Positions 1-12,526 of a stretch of 38,966 bases of DNA are shown piece after piece. The DNA lies in the NCBI GenBank assembly GCA_000388065.2, contig KB932204.1, one strand, 5' to 3'. This stretch comes from Fonticula alba ATCC 38817 (taxonomy: Eukaryota; Protista; Nucleariida). A program made the translations under genes and the position numbers. How positions within the stretch are numbered: position 1 is the first letter of the stretch; each line of letters starts with the position of its first letter. The notes beneath the pieces were generated by a model. It did not search any database and had not been told where the DNA came from. It worked only from the letters and a program-made list of their open reading frames with translations.

Positions 1-2975
1 GGGGGGGGGGGGGGGCACCCGAGGCGCGGTCATCTGGGCTGGGGCGGCGCGACCGGCCGCGAGCCTTGAGCCGGCGGGCAGTGGGAAGAGGAAGGACAGG
101 ACCACAAGAGAAGGATCTTCGGGGATATTGTGGCAATAATAATGGTTGAAATAATCGTGCTACTGCGCAGGGAGAACGACTGAACGTGGCAGGCCCTCGC
201 GCCGGCAGGCTGGGTGTGGGGTCTCCTGCGGTGTTTTGAGGGATGACCATTGCGGTCCCGTCCGGCAGCAGGGCTGCGGGGGGGGGGGGGGGATGCGTTG
301 AGGCGTGGTCGTTTCCCTGGCGCGGGAGCCACCAGCCTCCCCTCGCACCTCTCTCGGGTTCGGATATCGCCTGGGGGGCCGGGGCATGGGCATTTGCCGC
401 GTGTCCGCCGGGCGAAATCCCCCCACCCGGCGACTGGTTCCTGCCCGGGGGCGCGGGGGAGGGGATGCTTGTGCCGGAGATGGACCTTCGGACGTTTTTT
501 TTTTGGGGGCCTCGGAGCGGGCGCCCCGCAGGCCCCCGAGCGTGTGCCGAACCCCCCCCTCCACCCCGGCACCCGCTTCCGGAGGTGTGCCGGCTCGCCG
601 GGCCGCCTGGTCAGCCGCTGGCGACTTGGGTACCCCTTTTTGCGTGGACGCTTGGCGGGGGGGGGGGGGGGGGGGGCGGGGGCGTGCAGGCCGTGCGTTG
701 TGAGATGGCGCTCGGGACGTGCTGGGTATCGGTGTTGGTGCGGGTGATCGGGCGGCCTGTGCTCTGTGGTGCTCGGGCGCCGGGACACCCGCAGGGTCGG
801 GCATGCATTGTGTCTTCGTGTGTATGTGTACATGTGTGTCTGTGTGCGTGTTGCGCGTGGGTAGGACGATGTTGTGCTCGCCCTCCTGTGGAGCAGCGAT
901 GCAGTTTGTTGGGGGCAGGCAGCGCCGGGTGGAGGAGGGGGGGCGGGGACCGCGGAGGGCTCGCCCGCCCCCCGCCCTCCATGGCCCCCGGCCACAGGTA
1001 TCCGGGGCCGCGGGGGGAACCTCAACGTGTGCGGCGGGTGTTCGTGGTATAGGTTGTGCCGTGGTGACGAGCGATGGGCAGCCGGACGCACTGGACCCGG
1101 TCCAGAGTACACAAGATCTTGCCTCTTGCGAATGTGCAGCATGGAAGAAGAGGCGTATGTGCCGGGGTCTTATTGCTGGGCCCGTGGCCGGGGGTGCGGC
1201 AAGGGGGCCGAGTGGGCGCGGGCGCGACCTGGCGTGTCAGAGGGGGCGTGGACTGCCGCCGCCAGCAGGCGGGCTCGGTGATCTCAGCACCGGCCGCCGA
1301 GACGGATCCGGGGCCGGTTGGCAGGAAGGGCGTCCCTCGCCCGCGCGCCCGCCCCGCCCCCCCGGGCCAGGCTGGGCCGAGCCACGCCGGGCGGGGCGAG
1401 CACGCAGGCTCGCGTGCTGCTCCTGTCCTTTGGGGCGCAGGGCTCCAAACTCTCGGCTCGCGGGCCGGGGGAGGGGGGAGGGGGGGGGGGGGCGAGGACG
1501 CTGCTGGCAGGCCGGCGAGAAAGGCGGCCGCGCGGTGGCCGATGCTGGGCTTCGTCCATGCGTGTGTGTGTGCGCGTGCGGGCGCGCGCGCGGCCCCCGG
1601 TCATTCACTCTCCTACGCCGGCCTTCCCCCCCCCTCCCCTCTGGGGGGGGGGGGCGGAGGAGAGGGCCATGTTTGGGGCAGAGCACCCCCAGACCCGGCG
1701 GCCGGCATGCAGCAGCGCGCCCCATGGCGGTGCTCGGGGATCTTGCCCCCTCGGGGGGGGGGGGGGGGGCTGCCGCGTTCAAGCAGGGACACATGCCCGC
1801 ATGCGTGAATGTGCTGCGACTTCGCTGGTGGCCCTGCGCGCCGGCCCAAGTGGCGTTATCAATCTCGCTGCCCGATGTCCCTCCGGCTGGGCGTGTTCGC
1901 TCGTCCCCCATTTCCATAGCGCTGAGGTTCACCATTTAGGGTTCCATGCGCCCGCGCGTTTCCACCCCGCCCTGTCTCCGTGCATCACATCTTGCCCAAA
2001 GTATATGTCCATGCGCTTGTGGCTGTGCAAGCGTGTCCGCCCCGGCCCGCCCCGGCCCCCCCTGTGTGCCTTTGGTCGCGTTTCCACCCGCAGTGCCCGG
2101 GTGTCGTACATGCACAGCGGGGCGGAGGGCGCGCGGGGTGCCGGCGCGCCGACTCGTCGCCATCCCTGTTGAGGCCCGGAGACACTTCTGCCCCCGGGCG
2201 CGGCCGTTTCAGCCGCCGCGGCCGCCGCCGCCGCCGCCGCGGGGGTGACATGGCGGCGAGACCCGCGCGTCCGCTGGCGGCATGGCCCCCCGCCTCTGCC
2301 TCTCCCGGGAGGATGTGTGTGTGTGTGTGTGTGTGGGCGTGTTCAAACGCAGATGGTCCTCGCGCGGAGGCTGCCCCCCCCCCCCACCACCCGGTCCAGC
2401 CCCCAACGAGCCGATTGCTAGCCGAAAGAGTTTGCCCTGAGAGAGCTCACCAGGGCTCCCCTCCCGCGGGCGGCTGTCGAGGCGGAGACACGCCGATGGA
2501 GACGGCGACGCGGACGCGGACACAGACCGGACAAGGCGGCTCGTCCAGGCAATTGGGCTCCAAAGGTGGAGCCGGTCCGGGGAAACGCGGCAGAGCGGTG
2601 GGGGGGCAAGAGGGGGGCAACGGCGCCTGCGCGCCCTTTCCACCCGGGCATGTTTGCTGACCGGGTCCGCGCGCGCGGCACCCCCCCCCCCCCCCCCCCC
2701 AGCCCCGGCCCCGGCCCCAGCCCCAACCGGGGAACCCCCACAAAGAGCGCACGCGCGTGTGTCCTCTTCTCCACCACCCCGGGGCCACCACTCAAGGGCC
2801 AGCCCTGCCCGGCCGCCGAGAGTTCATCTTCGGCAGAAAGAGACCTTCGGCACACGGAGACGGTCCCCCTCCTCCTGTCCACATCCCCCTTTTGCCCCTC
2901 CCCCTTCGCCTCGTCGGCCCCGCCACACCCCCCTCGCTCGCCTCGTTCTCCTCGTCGGATCACCCTCGCCCGTTC

Positions 2976-3249
2976 GTGAGCCAGCCCTCGTGTCCCCTCC
3001 TCCGCACACCTCCGCCGTCAGAAGCCCCCTCGCCCCCCTCGCCCTCTCTCTCCCTCTCTTTTCTGTCATGGTCTTCTCCGCACTGATGCCGCTGCCGCTG
3101 TCGCCATCTTGTCCCCTCTCCCGCCTCCCCATCTACTAACTCGCCCCACCGTCTCCACGTGTGTGCACACACACATGTGTATATCCCCCCCCCCTCTCCC
3201 CCTCTCCCCCTCTCCCCCTCTCTTTCCCCTCTCACGCACAAACACACAG
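2976..3249 (+). other. Putative 5' UTR intron of ACC1
   Basis: GTGAGC donor at 2976, perfect TACTAAC branch sequence at 3134-3140, C/T-rich body like the coding introns, and the first downstream AG is ACACAG ending at 3249. No transcript evidence. Confidence 0.45.
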
Positions 3250-3426
3250 GCGACCAGAGCGCCCCCTCTTCCTCCCCTCTCCCGCTCTTCCTCCCCCCCT
3301 CCCCGCACCGCCTCCCCCCGCGGTTGCCTCTCGCCCAGGGTCTCCTCCTCCAGCCCGTGGGGGGAACTCGTCTTTCCCCACACACGCCACTCGCTGTCCG
3401 TGCGTCCGCGTGCCAGCCAAGCAACC

Positions 3427-6400
3427 ATGTCTCGCCCGCAGGCCGACACGGCCGCCCGGCTGACGGAGTATGTCCAGCAGCATGGCGGCACCAAGGCCAT
3501 CCACCGGATTCTGGTGGCCAACAATGGTATCGCCGCCGTCAAGGGGATCCGCTCGATCCGCCGCTGGGCGTACGAGCAGTTCTCCGACGAGCGGGCCATC
3601 CACTTCACGGTGATGGCCACGCCCGAGGACCTGGCCGCCAATGCCGAGTACATCCGCATGGCCGACAGCTATATCCCGGCCCCGGGCGGGGCCAACCACA
3701 ACAACTACGCCAACGTCGACCTGATTGTGGAGATCGCCGAGCGCACCCACGCCGATGGTGTGTGGGCCGGCTGGGGCCACGCCTCGGAGAACCCCCGGCT
3801 GCCGGACGAGCTGGCCAAGCGCGGGATCGCCTTCCTCGGCCCGCCCGGGTCGGCCATGCGCGCCCTCGGTGACAAGATCTCCTCCACCATTGTGGCCCAG
3901 TCGGCCGACGTGCCATGCATCGCCTGGTCCGGTGACGGCCTGACCATCCCCACGCCCGAGGTGCGCGGTGCCCGTCCCCGCTTCCGCGCGCGCGCCCCCC
4001 CCCCCCCCCCCCCCGCCTTCAGGGCCTGCTGCTCGGCCGCCCGGAGCCCTCTGCGCCATGCCTCCCGAGCGGCGGGGCCCTGCCTGCTCCCGTGAATGTG
4101 CCCACTAACACGCTTTGCATGCGCGAATCCCCCGGGGACACCACACATCGTAGGGCAACCATGCCGTCTCGGTGCCCGATGACATCTACAACAAGGCCTG
4201 TGTTACCGTGGCCGAGGACGGCCTGGCCGTGGCCCGGCGCATTGGCTACCCGGTCATGATCAAGGCCTCCGAGGGCGGTGGCGGCAAGGGCATCCGCATG
4301 GTCCACAGCGACTCCGACTTCGCCAGCGCCTTCGCCCAGGTCCAGGGTATGTCATGGCTCTCTTAGTCCCCTCCTTCCCGATCGCCCCCCCCTTTNNNNN
4401 NNNNNNNNNNNNNNNNNNNNNNNNNNNNNNNNNNNNNNNNNNNNNNNNNNNNNNNNNNNNNNNNNNNNNNNNNNNNNNNNNNNNNNNNNNNNNNNNNNNN
4501 NNNNNNNNNNNNNNNNNNNNNNNNNNNNNNNNNNNNNNNNNNNNNNNNNNNNNNNNNNNNNNNNNNNNNNNNNNNNNNNNNNNNNNNNNNNNNNNNNNNN
4601 NNNNNNNNNNNNNNNNNNNNNNNNNNNNNNNNNNNNNNNNNNNNNNNNNNNNNNNNNNNNNNNNNNNNNNCCCCCCCCCCTCTCAAGGTGAGGTCCCCGG
4701 CTCGCCCATCTTCATCATGAAGCTCGCCACACAGTCCCGCCACCTGGAGGTTCAGGTCCTGGCCGACCAGCATGGCAATGTCATGACCCTCTTCAGCCGT
4801 GACTGCTCGGTCCAGCGCCGGCACCAGAAGATCATCGAGGAGGCGCCGGTGACCATTGCCCCGACTGCTTCCTTCGAGGCGATGGCTGCCTCGGCCAAGC
4901 GCCTGGCCTCGCTGGTGGGCTACCAGTCGGTCGGCACCGTGGAGTATCTGTATGTGCCGGAGGAGGATCGCTTCCTCTTCCTGGAGCTGAATCCCCGCCT
5001 GCAGGTGGAGCACCCCTGCACGGAGATGATCAGCGGGGTGAACATCCCGGCGGCCCAGCTCCAGGTGGCCATGGGCATTCCGCTGCATCGGATCGGCGAC
5101 ATCCGGGCCTTCTACGGGCTGGAGCCGGCCGGCGAGTCGGCCATCGACTTCGAGGCCTCCTTCCAGGAGGGTGTCAACCCGGTCACCGGCCAGGTGAAGC
5201 CCACCCCCCGGGGGCATGTGGTGGCCGTGCGCATCACGGCCGAGAACCCGGAGGCCGGGTTCAAGCCCTCCTCCGGCAATCTGTACGAGCTGAATTTCCG
5301 GTCGTCGCACAACATTTGGGGCTACTTCAGCGTGGCGGCCGGCGGCAGCCTGCACGAATTCGCCGACTCGCAGTTCGGTCATATTTTCGCCCATGCGCCC
5401 ACTCGTGAGGAAGCCCGCCGGCGTATGATCGTGGCGCTGAAGGAGATCTCCGTGCGCGCGGACTTCCGCACCACCATCGAGTACCTGGTCAAGCTCCTGG
5501 AGACCGAGGACTTCAAGGGCAACCGCTTTGACACGAGCTGGCTGGACCAGCTGATCACCAACAAGGTGCGTCGGCGGCGCATCCTCCTCGTCTTTCCCTT
5601 GTGCCTTTTTTTTCTTTCCCTCCCCTTTTGTGGTCTATCATCATGGCCGGGCGCAGATGGCGCCCCCCTCCCATGTGTCGTCCCCTCTGTCTCCGGGGTA
5701 TTTTTCTTTTCCCCCCTCCCCCTTTCTCTGTCGCCTGCCGAGCTGACACGCTCCTCCTTCGGTGCCTGGCTTCTTCGCCCTGTCCATCTGCCCGTCCCCC
5801 CCCTCTCCCCCTCCTCCCTCTTCCTCCTGATCGGCCGGTCGCTTCCAGCTCACCACCGACCGGCCCGAGCGCTTCACTGCGGTGATCTGCGGCGCGGTTA
5901 ACCGCGTGAACCAGCTGTACGAGGAGCGCGTGTCCGAGTTCAAGCGCTACCTCAGCCGCGGTCAGGCCCCGAGCGCCGAGCTCCTGAGCACCGACTACTC
6001 GGTGGACATCATCTACGAGGGTGTGAAGTACCAGTTCAAGGTCCAGCAAAGCGCCCCCCACGCCTTCAGCCTGATCCTCAATGGCACCCGGGTGTCGGTC
6101 AATGCGCGGTCCCTGTCGGATGGCGGGCTGCTCATCCAGCTCGGCGGCCGCAGCCATGTGGTCTACCCCCACGAGGAGATTGGCCTCACGCGGCTGACGA
6201 TCGACGGTCGGACCTGCACCCTGGAGCATGAGACCGATCCCACCCTCCTGCGGGCCCCCTCTCCGGGCAAGCTGGTGCGCTTTGCCGTGGAGGATGGCGA
6301 TCATGTGGTCGCCGGCCAGACGTACGCCGAGATCGAGGTCATGAAGATGTACATGTCCCTGGTGGTCGGCGAGTCGGGCATCGTGCGGTTCTCCGTCTCC

Positions 6401-9400
6401 GCGAAGTGCGTGCTTCTCCATTGGCCCCATCCTCCCCTCCACCCGCGGCTGTCGGTCCTGGTGCTCGGTTCTTCCTCTTTTCCTTCTCCCGGCCCATGGC
6501 CCCTTTCGATTGCGCCGCCATTGTTGACCCTTTCTCCGTGTTCGGCTCTCTTTGTTTGCTTCCTTCGTCGGCCCCCGCCCCTCTCTTTGTCCCTCTCTCT
6601 GCGCCGCATCCACCTGGATGTGTCTCATCGCCGGGGCGGGGTGCTGCACACAGTGCCGTCCTTCAGGCCGGTGATATCATCGGTGTCCTGACCCTGGACG
6701 ATCCGTCTCGCGTCAAGGTGGCTCAGCCTTTCACCGGGGAGCTGCCGGACTTCGGCACCCCCTGCCTGACCAAGCTCAAGTCCAACCAGGTGTTCAAGCA
6801 GGCCCTGGAGGTTTTGCGCCTGACCATGGACGGGTATGACAACCAGCATGGCCTGGCCGAGCACTTCCGGGCTCTGTTGGCCTCGCTGGCCGATCCATAC
6901 ATGCCGTATTTGGAGCTGGCCGAGCTGCTGGCCGGGCTGCAGTCGCGCCTGCCCCCGGCGGTGGTGGCCCTGCTGCAGCAGACCCTCCGGCCGCTGGCGG
7001 CCCTCGGGACCACCTTCGCCTCGGTGTCCACCCTCGGTGCGGATGGCCTGCCGAGTGTGGCGGACTTCCCGGCGGCCGATCTGCGCCAGCGGATCAACGA
7101 GTTTGTGGCCACCACCCTGACTCTGGCGGCCGAGCGGGCGGTCTTCGTAGACCGGTTCCAGCCGATCCAGGATCTGCTGGAGCGCTTCCGCGACGGGCCG
7201 GCCGCCCATGCGAAGGCCGTGCTGCTGGGCCTGCTGGAGCGTTTCGTCGAGGTGGAGCGCCTCTTCTGTGTGGAGGGCCAGTCCTTCGAGGATGTGCAGG
7301 AGTCCCTGCGGGCCACGCACTCGGAGGATCTGGACCAAGTGCATGCGGTGATGCTGGCCCACAGCAAGGTGGCCCAGAAGTGCCAGCTGGTCATGTCGCT
7401 GATTGACCACATTGCGGCCGCGGCTCCGGGCCCGGTGGACCCCTTCTATTCGGATGCCCTGCGGGCCATTGCCGAGCTGAGCGGGCGCCACCTGTCCAAG
7501 GTGGCCCTCCGTGCGCGTGCCCTGCTGGTGGAGTCCCTGCTGCCGCAGTATGAGGACCGCCTGTCGGAGATGGAGCTGGCCCTGGTTCGCGCGGTGTCCA
7601 GCAGCAGCCATGCTGCTGATGCCAGCCCGGCCGAGGGTGGCCAGTCCACTGGCGCGGAGGAGGACACCCTCCCGGTGGTGTCGCTCTCCTCGCCGTCGCT
7701 CCTGCAGTCGGAGTCCACCGGTGTGACGCCCTCCACGGGGGGAGGCACCGCCGGTGGCGCCGGTGATGAGGATGCTGCCACGGCGGCCGCCAGCACGGCC
7801 GACGATTCGGACGACGCGCTGGTCATCCGGATGCGGGATACGGCCGTGCGGGCGGCCCTCGGCGCGGCCCCCATGCGTCCGATGACCTCGCCGGCTGGCA
7901 GCCCCTTCGCCCTGCCGAAGTATGAGCAGCTCAAGTCCATCGTCGAGACCAACTACACGGTGAACGACGTGCTGAGCCCCTTCTTCTGCCATGAGAATCC
8001 GTTTGTCCGCGTGGCCGCTCTGGAGGTGTATGTCCGGCGTTCGTACCGGGCCTACAGCATTGACACGGTCAAGTACCACACTGGGTCCGGGTCCGGGTCG
8101 GCCGACCGGCCGGTGGCCCTCGAGTGGCGCTTCACCTTCCCGATTGTCCCGCTGGCCGACAGCGATGAGTGCACCCGGCCGCCGGTCAACCCCCCGGGTG
8201 ATGGGCTGATGGCGGCGTCGGCCGACCTGGCCTTTGCCTCGGACCCCATGGGCACCGGGTTCGGCCTGACCTCCTCGTCGTCGGTGACGAACATGCGCGC
8301 GGCCGAGTCCTTCGCGGCCACTCGCAACATGAGTGTCTCGGACTTTGCCCTGCTGTCGCCGCACAGTGCCGCCCCCGGTGGCATTGGGCGCTTCAGCGGG
8401 AGCTCCTACTCGGCGGCGGCGGCGGCGGCTGCCGCTGCTGCTGCTGCTGGCGGGTCGCATTCGCGCTCGGCCTCGCAGCCACACACCCCGACCCTCAACC
8501 GGAGCAGCTCGCTGTCCTTCTCCACCACCAGCCTGGCCAACATGTACTATGCGCCGGAGCCGCTGCGTGTGGGGCTCATGTGTGCCTTCACTTCGGTGGC
8601 CGCGCTGGAGGCCGAGTTCGAGTCGCTGCTGTCGCTGTACCCCGAGGCGGGGGATGGCGCTTCCGGCGGGGCGGCGGGATCGGCCTCCGGCAATGCCGCC
8701 GGGTCCGGGCGTCCGGGCGCCGCCGAGTGCTTGAATGTGCTGAACTTGGCCCTGTCGCTGGATGCGGCCGAGGGCGCCGACGATGGGACCCTGCTGGATG
8801 ATGTGCTGCATCCGTTCCTGGCCTCGCGCAAGATGCTCCTCCGGGGCCGGTCCATCCGCCGGGTGACCTTCGTCATCCTGCGGCCGCGCCAGCAGCCGGG
8901 GTACTTCACCTTCCGCGAGCGGAATGACTTCGCCGAGGACCCGGTCATTCGCCATGTGGAGCCGGCGCTGGCCTTCCAGCTGGAACTGTCGCGCATGTCG
9001 CACTACAATGTGCGCGCGGTGCTGACCGAGTCGCGGTCCATCCACATGTACAATGCCGTGGCCAAGGGCAACCCGACGGATGAGCGGTTCTTCATCCGGG
9101 CCCTCATTCGGCCGGGCTTGCTGAAGGACAGCGAGGCCCCGGTGCCGTACATGATCAGCGAGGCGGACCGCGTGGTGTCAGAGATGCTGGATGCCCTGGA
9201 GCTCCAGCTGCCGGAGCATCCCGGTGCCGATTGCAACCACCTGTTCATCCACTTCCTGCCGACGGTGCGCTACAGCACGGACAAGATCTTCGACAACCTG
9301 ACGGACTTCCTGACCCGCCATGGTCGGCGGATGTCCCGTCTGCGCGTTACCTCCGGCGAGATTCGCATGACCCTGCGCCTGGGGGATGAGGTGGCCCCGA

Positions 9401-11327
9401 CGCCCATTCGCTTTGTCATTTCCAACTTGACGGGCTTCGTGTTGAACATTCACTCCTATCGCGAGGCGAAGAATGACCGCCGTCGTGATGTGCTCATTTC
9501 CCTGATGGACCATGGGCCACTGCACAACACCCCGGCCGATGCGCCCTACCCGGTGCGGGATCCGCTGCAGCCAAAGCGCCATGCCGCTCACAAGGCCGGG
9601 ACGTCCTACATTTATGACTATCCGGAGCTCATTCAGCAGGCCCTGCTGCAGGTGTGGGACAAGTTCATCCAGGAGACCCCGGCCATGGCTTCCTCGGTGC
9701 CGGCCCTGCATCAGCTGGTTCGGACTTGGGAGTTGGATCTGGATGAGCGCCAGCAGTCGGTGATGGAGGTCAATCGCCCGCCCGGGCAGAACACCATCGG
9801 CATGGTGGCCTGGCTGGTGGAGATTTGCACGCCGGAATTCCCGGCCGGGCGTCGGATGATCCTCATTGGCAATGACATTACCCATGTGATTGGGTCGTTC
9901 GGGCCGCGGGAGGACATGCTCTTCCTGCGTGCCAGCGAGCTGGCCCGGCGTTTGGGCCTGCCGCGGATTTACATTTCGGCCAATTCCGGTGCGCGCATCG
10001 GCATGGCCGATGAGCTGGTCAATTGCTTCCGCGTTGCCTGGACCGATCCGCAGCAGCCGGCTCGCGGCTTCCGGTATCTGTATGTCACGCCGGAGGACCA
10101 TGCGCGTTTGACTTCGGACCCCTTGCGGCCGTCGCTTCGTGCGGAGCGTCTGGTGGAGCAGGTCCCCTCGGCGGCCGATCCGGCGGTCATGCAGGAGGAG
10201 GTGCGCTATGTCATCCGCGATGTGATTGGCCGTGTGGATGGCATTGGTGTGGAGAACCTCCAGGGCTCCGGTGCCATTGCCGGGGAGACGTCCCGCGCGT
10301 ATGAGGACATCTTCACTTTGTCGGTGGTTACCTGCCGGTCGGTGGGCATCGGTGCGTATCTGGTGCGCCTGGGTCAGCGGTCCATTCAGAACGAGGGGAA
10401 CCCCCTGCTGTTGACCGGTGCCGGGGCCCTGAACAAGGTCCTTGGTCGGGAGGTTTACTCCTCGAACTTGCAGCTGGGCGGCACGCAGATCATGTACAAC
10501 AATGGTGTGTCCCACTTGACGGCCAGCAATGACTTGACCTCCATGCGCATGGTCCTGGACTGGCTGGCCTTCGTGCCGTCCTACCGGAATGGGCCGCTGC
10601 CCATTTTGCCGGAGCAGGCCCTCCGGGACCCGGTGCACCGGCCGGTGGCCTGGGCTCCGCCCGCCACCGGTCCGTATGACCCGCGGCACTTGATCGAGGG
10701 CGGTCCGGACCCGGAGACCGGGGACTTCCTGCCGGGGCTCTTCGACACCGGGTCCTTTGTGGAGACCCTCGGTGGCTGGGCCAAGACCGTGGTGGTTGGT
10801 CGGGCCCGTTTGGGCGGCATCCCCATGGGTGTCATCGCGGTGGAGACTCGCACCGTGGAGGCGCATATCCCGGCGGATCCGGCCAATCCGGAGTCCCAGC
10901 TCCAGACTCTGACCCAGGCCGGGCAGGTGTGGTACCCGGACTCGGCGTACAAGACGGCCCAGGCCATTCGGGACTTCAACCGGGGCGAGGAGCTGCCGCT
11001 CATGATCCTGGCCAACTGGCGCGGGTTCTCCGGCGGCCAGCGGGACATGTTCGAGCAGATCCTCAAGTTCGGGTCGTACATTGTCGATGCCCTGGCCGAG
11101 TACCGGCAGCCGATCTTCGTGTACCTGCCGCCGCGGGCCGAGCTGCGCGGTGGTGCGTGGGTGGTCCTTGACTCGACCATCAACTCGGATTACATTGAGA
11201 TGTATGCGGACCCGAACTCGCGTGCTGGTGTCCTGGAGCCGGAGGGCATTGTGGAGATCAAGTTCCGCAAGCCCAAGCTTCTGCAGGCCATGTCGCGGCT
11301 GGATGCCACGTATGCGGATCTCCTGGC

Positions 11328-11359
<32 letters not shown>

Positions 11360-12045
11360 CGGCCGACTCGACGGCCGCCAGCAGCCTGCAGCCGCGTGTG
11401 CTGGCCCGGGAGAAGCAGCTGCTGCCCACCTACCATCAGATTGCGGTGCACTTTGCCGATCTGCACGATACGGCCGGGCGCATGCGTGCCAAGGGCGCCA
11501 TTCGTGACATCATCCCCTGGGAGGAGGCTCGTGTGCGGTTCTACTGGCGTCTTTGCCGGCGCCTGCAGGAGGAGCGTCTCCTCCGGGCGATCCTCGGCGC
11601 GGCCGGGACTCCGACCCAGCTGGCCGAATCGTCGAACCCGTCGGCCGCGGCCCTGGCCATGGCCAGCGCCATTCCCGGCAGCCCGGCCAGCGAGTGGACT
11701 CGCATCCGGGCGCGGGCCACCCTGGCGGCCTGGTTCGCCACGGACCTGGATTCGGCCGGGCCCGGGCACATGTCCACCGATGAGAAGCCGGACTTCGAGT
11801 CCAATGACCGGCAGGTGGTCGAGTGGATCAACCAATTCCACGCGGCCATCGTCGGCCGTGTGGCCGAGATCGAGGCGTCCGAGCGCCGGCTGCGTGTCAT
11901 GCATGCCACCCTGGCCACCGGGGAGGATGCGGTGGCGGCCCTCACTTCGGCGGTGCTCTCCTTGAGTGCGGAGAAGCGCGCCGCTCTGATGGAGAGCCTC
12001 CGCGCGGCCGAGACCCCGGCCGCCACCTCCAGCCCGAGTCTCTAA
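3427..12045 (+). CDS. ACC1: Acetyl-CoA carboxylase, eukaryotic multidomain type (BC-BCCP-central-CT), about 2517 aa, 5 exons
   Basis: Exons 3427-3960, 4154-4346, 4688-5565, 5849-6405 and 6654-12045 total 7554 nt and stay in frame. Motifs: [52 protein letters not shown] (BC); EVMKM biotin site at 6335-6349; [40 protein letters not shown] (CT). Intron 2 contains an N-gap but both ends are visible. Confidence 0.98.
11329..11358 (+). repeat. (CAG)10 coding repeat, polyQ in the ACC CT region
   Basis: Ten uninterrupted CAG codons in frame (LLAQ10SADS). Confidence 0.95.
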
Positions 12046-12064
12046 ATGCCGGGGGGGTAGAGCA

Positions 12065-12482
12065 TAGGATGTCTCCTTCTTCCCTCCCCTCCCTTTTGCC
12101 CCCCCCCCTCCCCTTTTTCGTCCCTCTCCACGTCTCTTCTCCCTTCCTCCGTCATTTTCTTTCCCCTGTTCCCTCGGGGCGGGGTGGGGAGGGAGAGAAA
12201 GAGAAAGCGGGGTCTCCCCCTCTCTGGAGTTTCGAGTTAGATGTGCACGTCTATTACAAGGNNNNNNNNNNNNNNNNNNNNNNNNNNNNNNNNNTAGGAT
12301 GTCTCCTTCTTCCCTCCCCTCCCTTTTGCCCCCCCCCCTCCCCTTTTTCGTCCCTCTCCACGTCTCTTCTCCCTTCCTCCGTCATTTTCTTTCCCCTGTT
12401 CCCTCGGGGCGGGGTGGGGAGGGAGAGAAAGAGAAAGCGGGGTCTCCCCCTCTCTGGAGTTTCGAGTTAGATGTGCACGTCT
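12065..12482. repeat. 188-bp direct duplication across an N-gap (probable assembly artefact)
   Basis: 12065-12252 matches 12295-12482, separated by 9 nt plus 33 N. Confidence 0.85.
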
Positions 12483-12526
12483 GTGCACCCCCTCCCTCCC
12501 CGCCGCGCGCGCGCGCCCCTCCTGCC

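Noticed and set aside
1086-1142. Minus-strand MLHIRKRQDLVYSGPGP followed by GTGCGT, as the first exon of an upstream gene
   Set aside because: No recognisable downstream exon and the codon use is unlike the real genes. The G bias hints at minus-strand transcription, but a CDS cannot be supported.
30-3100. Many long Pro/Gly/Arg-rich ORFs in the track, here and in other intergenic regions
   Set aside because: Expected from stop-codon scarcity in very GC-rich DNA. They run through homopolymers and microsatellites, overlap in all frames and show no recognisable motifs.
9900-11260. ACC CT-domain herbicide-sensitivity positions
   Set aside because: GVENL, GSYIV and IEMYAD are the ordinary non-plastid, yeast-like states.
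6625-11904. Long antisense ORFs (806 and 908 aa) opposite ACC1
   Set aside because: Shadow frames produced by strong GC3 codon bias in the sense gene; the same occurs opposite the septin, RPS18 and eIF3d.
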